From: Candidatus Thorarchaeota archaeon
Lineage (GTDB): Archaea; Asgardarchaeota; Thorarchaeia; Thorarchaeales; Thorarchaeaceae
Length of the DNA stretch: 56,773 nucleotides
Direction of reading: 5' to 3'
Assembly: GCA_030669595.1 (NCBI GenBank)
Contig: DAOVDG010000002.1
Coordinates: forward strand, 1-56,773
Shown piece after piece: positions 51,150 to 56,773 of the stretch (positions are counted from its first letter, which is position 1; each line of letters starts with the position of its first letter). The position numbers and the translations under genes are program-made. The notes under the pieces were generated by a model. It had not been told where the DNA came from. It ran no database searches and was given only the letters and a program-made list of their open reading frames with translations.

Positions 51150-51722
51150 ATGTCTCCTGAAAATGAATCAAAGAGTATAATCAATGAAGCGGAACGAAAA
51201 CGCCTCGTAGAGGAGATTGGTCGGATAAAGGACGTGCTTGATTCGTTCAAGTATGGCCTGAATTTTGAAGATTTCGCCGACGAGCTCTTCAAGACTGTAA
51301 ACAGGCAGACGATTACTATCAAGAATCTCGATGCGAAGATGTCAGATATCGTTTCTCGTATGGAGCGCCTTGAAGAACGTCTGAACGAAGGCATCAAGGT
51401 CCGAGTTTCAGGACTGAGCGGAGAACTGACAGGAGACCTTGCTGAGGGTAAGGAGGTCATAATCGAAGGGCCTCTTGTCGAGGAGCCCCCTGAGGAGGAC
51501 CTTGCCGCCAAGGCATCACGAGAGGAGCTTGAAACGGAAGCGGCCAATATTGAAACCAAGATTGCCAAGCTCTTCGAGAAAGAGAACGAGCTTCTTGAAA
51601 TGGCGTTGAACGACCCCGCCGGGGCCGATGAGTACGATGGACGGGCCAAGGTGGCAATAGAGATGAGAGGAGAACTTGAAGCATCTCTCAAGAAGATAAA
51701 GGAACAGCTTAAGCAATACTAG
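51150..51722 (+). CDS. Acidic coiled-coil protein (190 aa)
   Basis: The ATG immediately follows the GTPase stop (TAG at 51147..51149). GAGGTGG at 51138..51144 lies 5 nt upstream. Heptad-like helices at both ends (AERKRLVEEIGRIKDVLDSF; REELETEAANIETKIAKLFEKENELLEMAL; ELEASLKKIKEQLKQY). Confidence 0.7.
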   Translation: MSPENESKSIINEAERKRLVEEIGRIKDVLDSFKYGLNFEDFADELFKTVNRQTITIKNLDAKMSDIVSRMERLEERLNEGIKVRVSGLSGELTGDLAEGKEVIIEGPLVEEPPEEDLAAKASREELETEAANIETKIAKLFEKENELLEMALNDPAGADEYDGRAKVAIEMRGELEASLKKIKEQLKQY

Positions 51723-51725
51723 AAT

Positions 51726-51732
51726 GAGGTGG
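51726..51732 (+). promoter_or_regulatory. Shine-Dalgarno-like GAGGTGG
   Basis: It lies 8 nt upstream of the ATG at 51741. Comparable elements sit at 51138..51144 (GAGGTGG), 52099..52105 (GAGGTGA) and 53459..53463 (GGAGG), before the other downstream cluster genes. Confidence 0.5.
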
Positions 51733-51740
51733 AAGTGAAT

Positions 51741-52100
51741 ATGGGATTATTCGACAGCTGGAGAAGAAGAAGACGAAAGAAAGAAGTTGTGGCACCGAAA
51801 GAACGCAAGAGTTCAGAAGCTGAGGCACCCACGCCTACTCGTCCGGAAGGACTAACTCCTGTCGAAAAGGGCGAGGTTGCTGATCTTGTGGCTCAGTATG
51901 AGAAGCTCCACAAGAGGCGCGCTGAGCTTCATACGGAACGAGCGCAGTTGACGGATCAGCTTGATACTGGTGAACTGACAGCTCTTAAGTTCCGCAAACA
52001 GCTTATGTTGAAAATACAAGAAGCTGCGCAGGTTTCTGACAACTTGAAGGAAACGGTCTCTAGGCTTATTGCACTCGGCTATCGTGGTGTGCTTCACTGA
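51741..52100 (+). CDS. Small protein with a basic N-terminus and a helical hairpin (possible Snf7/ESCRT-III-like N-terminal core)
   Basis: ORF 51729..52100. The ATG at 51741 is favoured by RBS spacing. MGLFDSWRRRRRKKE is followed by a Pro/Ala/Glu linker. Then come two long helices: VADLVAQYEKLHKRRAELHTERAQLTDQLDTGELTALKFRKQLMLKIQEAAQVSDNLKETVSRLIALG. Confidence 0.6.
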   Translation: MGLFDSWRRRRRKKEVVAPKERKSSEAEAPTPTRPEGLTPVEKGEVADLVAQYEKLHKRRAELHTERAQLTDQLDTGELTALKFRKQLMLKIQEAAQVSDNLKETVSRLIALGYRGVLH

Positions 52101-52111
52101 GGTGATTATTC

Positions 52112-53446
52112 TTGCCGGGTCGGGAAGAAAGGGGCCGAAACGACTCTGGTCCTTCAGACACAGAAGAGGAAACTCAGCGACTCATGGAGGACGCCATGAG
52201 CGGCGATATCTCTGAGAAGTCCCCAAAGGAAATTCTGGTCACCACAGCTGCAGAATCTATCGACGAAACATTCCACCGCATTCAGGTTCGCATAGAGGAC
52301 ATTCTTTCTTCCATCGAAGATAGCGTGAGATTAGTTGAACCCGAACTTAACGAGAAGCTCGAAGTCACTTTGGAGCGGCTGAATACACGGCTCAAAGGTG
52401 CTGGTCTGGGAGTTTTTGTAACGACTGCCATGAAGATGACCGATGAAGAACTAAGGAAAGGCATGTCAGCGGAGGGTCTTCTCTCACCGATTCTTAACGC
52501 TATTAGTGAAAGTCGTAGCGAAGTTGAAGACATCGTGATGAAGGCCGGCAGGGGTGCTGTACGTAACGTTGGTGAGTCCACAGGGAGTCTTCAAACCAAG
52601 ATTGTGCAGATGTATGCTACGCTGAATGAGCATGAGAAACAGCTTGATGCCACCCGCGCAGAATTGAAACGATGGAGAGAACGGGCAAACGAACTTCAGG
52701 ACCTTGTCAAGTCGAGAGACGAAACGATGGAACGGTCCGTTGAAGTTCTTGAACAAATGCGAACGGCTCGTGCCGAACTAGAGCGCTTGAATGAGGAGCA
52801 TGAACAGACTATCTCTACCGTGAAGGGCGAACTCAGTCAGGCGCAGTCGCAGATAGAACAACAAAAAGAGCTTTTAGATAAACATGGTTCATTTGAGGAA
52901 ATCGCGCAGGACTATGAAACGAAGCTAGTTGAGCTATCTGAGGTACAAGGGCAGCTTGCTGAGGCTCAGGAGCGACTGGCGCAAAGAGAAGACACTGTCG
53001 AATCATTGAAAGCTGAGGTTCAGATGCTAAAAGAGAGCAACTCGAATCTAGAATCACAGATGAGCTCGATGACAGAGGAGGCAGCTGCTCTTAGAGGTGT
53101 GAAGAAATCTGACCAAACTGAGCTGGAGTCATTAAAGGCACAACTAGATGAGCTGAAAGCACGATGGGAGAATCTCTATCAGGTCGCAGAGGATGAACCG
53201 GCTTTCAGAGCATATTTCATGATAGCGGACAAGAAATTCACTTGGCTTCCACTCTCGCACCTTTCACAGGCCCTAGGTGTTCCAACCGTTCTACTGAAGA
53301 GGAATTTGCAGAAGTTCGTTGATGCAGGCCTTGTAGAGATCGAGGGTGACCGTGTTCGTCCCTTGAGCATGTCTGAATTAGCAGCAAAGCCAGAGGATGC
53401 AGACAAGTCAGACGCAACAGGCAGTCAGGACAACACTAGCGAGTAG
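52112..53446 (+). CDS. Long coiled-coil protein with a C-terminal winged-helix domain (444 aa)
   Basis: The TTG start lies 6 nt after GAGGTGA. An extended heptad region covers roughly residues 170-350 (QLDATRAELKRWRERANELQDLVKSRDE...LESLKAQLDELKARWENLYQ). The C-terminal part reads FTWLPLSHLSQALGVPTVLLKRNLQKFVDAGLVEIEGDRVRP. Confidence 0.7.
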   Translation: MPGREERGRNDSGPSDTEEETQRLMEDAMSGDISEKSPKEILVTTAAESIDETFHRIQVRIEDILSSIEDSVRLVEPELNEKLEVTLERLNTRLKGAGLGVFVTTAMKMTDEELRKGMSAEGLLSPILNAISESRSEVEDIVMKAGRGAVRNVGESTGSLQTKIVQMYATLNEHEKQLDATRAELKRWRERANELQDLVKSRDETMERSVEVLEQMRTARAELERLNEEHEQTISTVKGELSQAQSQIEQQKELLDKHGSFEEIAQDYETKLVELSEVQGQLAEAQERLAQREDTVESLKAEVQMLKESNSNLESQMSSMTEEAAALRGVKKSDQTELESLKAQLDELKARWENLYQVAEDEPAFRAYFMIADKKFTWLPLSHLSQALGVPTVLLKRNLQKFVDAGLVEIEGDRVRPLSMSELAAKPEDADKSDATGSQDNTSE

Positions 53447-53472
53447 CATTTCTAGATTGGAGGATTTTGCAG

Positions 53473-53814
53473 ATGCCCAAACCACTCGGCGAGGTAATGA
53501 GATTCCTAGAGAACTACACACTAGCATGGCATCACTGGCTAATTGTGCTGTCACTCTTGAAGCTAAAAGGTAGTGGAACAAAAGGTCAAATCTTTCCAGT
53601 CTTCAAGAAGGAGGGTTTCTCTCTTCATGCTATTGAGGGGATATTCAAGCGAGACCTCGAAGAACTAGGTGAGGTAATCGAGGTTGAGGAGGGCATCGAC
53701 AATCTCCAAGACAGCAGTACTATATACCTTACCGAAGACCCGAAGTTCAGATCTTATCTGAAGAAGCATTTGAAACCTGTTATCCGGACCCTTAAGACGC
53801 GCAAGATAGACTAA
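53473..53814 (+). CDS. Small winged-helix-like protein (last gene of the cluster)
   Basis: ORF 53467..53814. The ATG at 53473 lies 9 nt after GGAGG (53459..53463). WHHWLIVLSLLKLKGSGTKGQIFPVFKKEGFSLHAIEGIFKRDLEELGEVIEVEEG. Confidence 0.5.
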   Translation: MPKPLGEVMRFLENYTLAWHHWLIVLSLLKLKGSGTKGQIFPVFKKEGFSLHAIEGIFKRDLEELGEVIEVEEGIDNLQDSSTIYLTEDPKFRSYLKKHLKPVIRTLKTRKID

Positions 53815-53830
53815 GTGCGATGGCTTTAGT

Positions 53831-53856
53831 CTTCTCCAGAAGTCTTTTCTGAGAAG
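53831..53856 (+). terminator. Possible hairpin with an internal T-tract just after the cluster
   Basis: In CTTCTCCAGAAGTCTTTTCTGAGAAG, CTTCTC pairs with GAGAAG and AGAA(G) pairs with (T)TTCT, with one bulge. It starts 17 nt after the stop at 53814. Confidence 0.3.
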
Positions 53857-53875
53857 TCGTCCCCAACTCCGGTGG

Positions 53876-54205
53876 ATGTCTGAAATGGGAATCAACGCCT
53901 CGAAGTGCATGGGGTGTGACAGAGCCCTTGTTCCACCGAGAACAACCTGCCCCTATTGCGGAAAGTCGGCTGGAACCATGATTCCAGTTCAACTCAAGAA
54001 CGAAGGCACTATACTCAGCTACACAATCTCTCAGATGCCGCCGGAGGGGTTCAAATCGCCTCTTGTGCTTGCTCTTGTTCAGTTAGAGCAGAGTGCTGTT
54101 GTGCTATGCCTTGGTGACCTCTCTGACCCCGTTCCTCTTGAGATTGGCATGGAGGTTTCTGTTAAGGAGGACGGAGAGGGTAGATTTCTGCTTGACCATC
54201 TTTGA
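53876..54205 (+). CDS. DUF35 Zn-ribbon/OB-fold protein (usual partner of archaeal thiolase-fold proteins)
   Basis: CMGCDRALVPPRTTCPYCG zinc ribbon, followed by an OB-like segment GTILSYTISQMPPEGFKSPLVLALVQLEQSAVVLCLGD. Confidence 0.75.
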   Translation: MSEMGINASKCMGCDRALVPPRTTCPYCGKSAGTMIPVQLKNEGTILSYTISQMPPEGFKSPLVLALVQLEQSAVVLCLGDLSDPVPLEIGMEVSVKEDGEGRFLLDHL

Positions 54206-54334
54206 TGTAATCTGCATAGCTGTCAAGCACATTGCTGGTACTCGATTCGCTGCGTAATGAGTAGCATCGGTATGCTCTTCCCAACTGAATCCAGCTAGGG
54301 ATTTAAGGAGCTGATTCTCTGAAGCGTCTAGGTT

Positions 54335-55516
54335 GTGCAGATGACAGGATACCTAAGCAACGTACTCTGGACTGAAGATGAGGTTGAGTTCCGCAAGGAA
54401 GTGCGGGCGTTCTGCGATAAGGAGATCTATCCGATAGCGGATGAGATGGATGCGGGGCCATATCCACGTGAGCTGATTCGCAAGATTGGCAAAGCCGGCT
54501 ACATGGGAGTACATCATCACAAAGACGCGGGTGGCACTGGTCGAGGTCTCTCCTATGAGGTCATAGTTGCTGAAGAAATTTCTGCTGCGAACGGAGGTCT
54601 CGACATGGCTCGGATGGCATCCACAACTTTGTACGGTATGCCAGTGACAAAGTTCGGGACAAAAGAACAGAAGGAGAAGTACCTGAGGCCAGTTGTCACG
54701 GGAGAAAAGATAGGCTGCATTGGCATTACTGAACCAGACGTCGGCTCCGATACAGCAGCCATGAAGACCAAGGCAGAGAAGGATGGCGATGAGTGGATCA
54801 TCAATGGAGAGAAGCGGTTTATCACAAACGGCAGCCAAGCTGACTACATGTGCGCCTTTGTGGTTACAGACCCGTCCGTCAAGTCGAAAGATGGCATGAC
54901 AGCATTCATTATCGACACGAAGAGCGACGGTTTCAGCGTCGTGCAAGACCATGACCTGCTTGGCATGAAGTCGGCGAGAGTGTCGTGGTTGAAGATGGAA
55001 GATGTGCGTGTGCCTCCCGGGATGATTGTCGGCGAGCCAGGACAAGGGTTCCGAATCATGATGGATGAACTTGATAGTGAAAGGACTGCCATCGCAGGCG
55101 AAGCTATTGGATACGGTCGAACTCCGTATGAGGTGGCTGTCAAGTATTCAACTGAGCGCGAGCAGTTCGGGCGGCAAATCAGGATGTTCGAGGGTGTTAG
55201 TTTCAAGATTGCGAACATGGCAATGAAGCTTGAAGCAGGGCGCGCACTCACGTTGACAGCCGCCCGGATGTACGACAAAGGAATGAAGATTACAAAACCG
55301 GCAGCGATTGCCAAGCTGTACACGACCGAGGCCGCGTTAGAGATTACTAACGATGCGATGCAGATACTGGGTGGCGTGGGCTACACAACCGATTATCCAG
55401 TTGAGAGATTCCTTAGAGACGCAAGGTTGATGACAATAGGCGGCGGCACTGCTGAGATTCTAAGATTTATCATCCAACGTGAGGTCTTCAAGGAACTGAA
55501 GGCTGGACTCATCTAG
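54335..55516 (+). CDS. Acyl-CoA dehydrogenase
   Basis: GTG at 54335 or ATG at 54341. LWTEDEVEFRKEVRAFC, GCIGITEPDVGSDTAAMKT, WIINGEKRFITNG, ERTAIAGEAIG, QILGGVGYTTDYPVERFLRDARLMTIGGGTAEI. The G-G-G-T in place of Y-E-G-T suggests an IVD/LCAD-type placement of the catalytic Glu. Confidence 0.9.
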   Translation: MQMTGYLSNVLWTEDEVEFRKEVRAFCDKEIYPIADEMDAGPYPRELIRKIGKAGYMGVHHHKDAGGTGRGLSYEVIVAEEISAANGGLDMARMASTTLYGMPVTKFGTKEQKEKYLRPVVTGEKIGCIGITEPDVGSDTAAMKTKAEKDGDEWIINGEKRFITNGSQADYMCAFVVTDPSVKSKDGMTAFIIDTKSDGFSVVQDHDLLGMKSARVSWLKMEDVRVPPGMIVGEPGQGFRIMMDELDSERTAIAGEAIGYGRTPYEVAVKYSTEREQFGRQIRMFEGVSFKIANMAMKLEAGRALTLTAARMYDKGMKITKPAAIAKLYTTEAALEITNDAMQILGGVGYTTDYPVERFLRDARLMTIGGGTAEILRFIIQREVFKELKAGLI

Positions 55517-55584
55517 GAGGCGAATTCAGGTTAGCTGCGTTTCATCAAGACTAGCATAACCGGCTGATGGCGGCAAAGGCCCCA

Positions 55585-55607
55585 GAGGGGGAAAGCAATC
55601 CCCCCTC
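55585..55607. terminator. GC-rich hairpin between convergent genes
   Basis: In GAGGGGG-aaagcaat-CCCCCCTC, a 7-bp stem forms between GAGGGGG and CCCCCTC. It lies between the stop at 55516 (+) and the stop at 55613 (-). Confidence 0.35.
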
Positions 55608-55612
55608 CCTGG

Positions 55613-56773
55613 CTAGTTCTTGACGAAGGCCACGATTCGATATTGTTCTCCTACAATCTGGATTGTGGCTGTGAAGTTGTCGCCAAGTTCCATTGTGAGA
55701 AGCGCGTACCAGTCAGTATGGTTCATCCACATTCTTGCACCTTCAATATACAAGTAGGACGAATTGTCGGTGCCGAGGAGGACGTGTGTGTCCCCGTTCT
55801 CGACAAAGGCTGTCGTACTGGTCACATTTGCAGTCAACTCAAATATGTCTGAGAGAGTGGCTCCGAACAGAGCGACATAGCCTTCTCGTGTTGCTCGAAC
55901 GAGGTCTTCTCCCCAGATTGCGCCACCGGTTTCCTGGATGTAGTGCCTGTTGATATTCGATGCATCAACGAGGGCAAGGGCATGCAGGTTCATATCCGTG
56001 AAAACGTAATAGTCTGAATCATCGTAGTAGCCTTTCACCCAGAAAATGGGAGCATACCAAGTCCATGCTGTCTGAGATGGACTGATTTCAACGGGGTAGA
56101 GAAGCGGCATTGAGGCGAAGTAGAATCCCGATGCAGGGGGAGTCAGTTGACCGACCACATTCTCAGCTGCAGCATCTCCACTCACGTAATTATGGGCACT
56201 AAGGTCGTGGTAGTACACAATAGTACGTGTAGCTCTGAAGATACCGGCAAGCGTTCTTGAGCTTGTAACCGGGTGAACCGCAACTAATGCCTCAACTCTA
56301 TTGCTGTCAGGGTTGATTATGTATCGAGTATCTTCTGTCATCTCAAGGCGATCGCTTGAGGGAGGAATGGACCAAAGGAAACCTCCTGCAAACAGGTCAA
56401 AACCATCATCTCTGCGGTATCCTCCCCATCTGGACACCTGTCTCTCTAGCCACTCCTCAGAATAGGCTTGAGTGATCCAATCGGGAGTTTCCCCAATAGT
56501 CGCGTACGTAATGATAGTGCCATTCTCGAAATAGACGATTGGACCACTTGCTCTCTCGACGAAGCCAAAGTCTATTGGAGTGCGAGTCTGGACATAAGCG
56601 AGGACGCCCAGTGGGTCCCAAGTTGGGTACGCATACTGAAATGCTGAGGTCATATCGTTGAGGTAATTGCTGAACTGGATATTCTTGTCCCAGAATAGGC
56701 CCTCTCCCAATGGAAGGTTAATGTCCTCTATTATCTCAGGCTCTATTCCCTGTGGGTCATTAGCATCCACCAC
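55613..56773 (-). CDS. Hypothetical protein. The N-terminus runs off the right window edge.
   Basis: Open minus-strand frame of 386 codons to the window end. Normal composition, rich in aromatic residues (W/Y/F). No motif recognised. Confidence 0.6.
   Translation of the reverse strand: MVDANDPQGIEPEIIEDINLPLGEGLFWDKNIQFSNYLNDMTSAFQYAYPTWDPLGVLAYVQTRTPIDFGFVERASGPIVYFENGTIITYATIGETPDWITQAYSEEWLERQVSRWGGYRRDDGFDLFAGGFLWSIPPSSDRLEMTEDTRYIINPDSNRVEALVAVHPVTSSRTLAGIFRATRTIVYYHDLSAHNYVSGDAAAENVVGQLTPPASGFYFASMPLLYPVEISPSQTAWTWYAPIFWVKGYYDDSDYYVFTDMNLHALALVDASNINRHYIQETGGAIWGEDLVRATREGYVALFGATLSDIFELTANVTSTTAFVENGDTHVLLGTDNSSYLYIEGARMWMNHTDWYALLTMELGDNFTATIQIVGEQYRIVAFVKN

Noticed and set aside
51146-51691. 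181-aa Ser-rich minus-strand ORF
   Set aside because: It is an antisense shadow of the acidic coiled-coil gene 51150..51722, which has a well-placed RBS and an ATG abutting the upstream stop.
1-56773. CRISPR arrays, rRNA or tRNA genes anywhere in the window
   Set aside because: No regularly spaced direct repeats and no T-loop or anticodon-arm-like cloverleaf candidates were seen in the larger gaps (7575..7882, 15181..15856, 24447..24882, 36427..36720, 41568..41874, 50111..50267). This was a visual scan only, so small RNAs cannot be excluded.

Overview
This 56.8-kb window has about 50 protein-coding genes. I recognised no rRNA, tRNA, CRISPR array, transposase or integrase. The gene content looks archaeal: split B12-mutase subunits, a thiolase-like gene plus a DUF35 gene, substrate-binding proteins with C-terminal membrane anchors, many winged-helix proteins, and GGAGG-type ribosome-binding sites inside operons. 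Arf-like GTPase, longin/roadblock-like, LRR, TPR and bactofilin-like proteins at roughly 50% GC (by eye) suggest an Asgard-type archaeon, possibly Thor-like. That assignment is inference only.

Positions 1-41.6 kb are mostly acyl-CoA, B12 and biotin metabolism:
- two methylmalonyl-CoA-mutase-type large subunits, one B12-binding small subunit, MeaB, an epimerase and a cobalamin adenosyltransferase
- a 12S/5S/1.3S transcarboxylase-like trio, plus BirA
- a two-subunit CoA-transferase, an amine dehydrogenase and a class-III aminotransferase
- a GlcD/GlcF-like oxidase pair, threonine aldolase, transporters and a multi-PAS histidine kinase

The most interesting region is 41.9-53.8 kb. It is a tightly packed, co-directional, enzyme-free cluster with these members:
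- a longin-like protein with two winged helices
- a 2355-aa sequon-rich type-I membrane protein with an acidic cytoplasmic tail
- a longin-like domain fused to an Arf-like small GTPase
- two coiled-coil proteins
- a small basic-N-terminus helical-hairpin protein resembling the Snf7/ESCRT-III N-terminal half
- a small winged-helix-like protein

This cluster sits between a thiolase-fold gene and its usual DUF35 partner.

Other sequence-level observations:
- One mutase paralog has Gln at the position of the carboxylate-binding Arg.
- The thiolase-fold protein lacks the nucleophilic Cys.
- A tandem DUF998-like paralog carries an in-frame TGA at a conserved Trp.
- An edge-truncated bactofilin-like gene, missed by the ORF track, lies next to a longin+roadblock protein.

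All functional calls come from reading motifs by eye; no searches were run.
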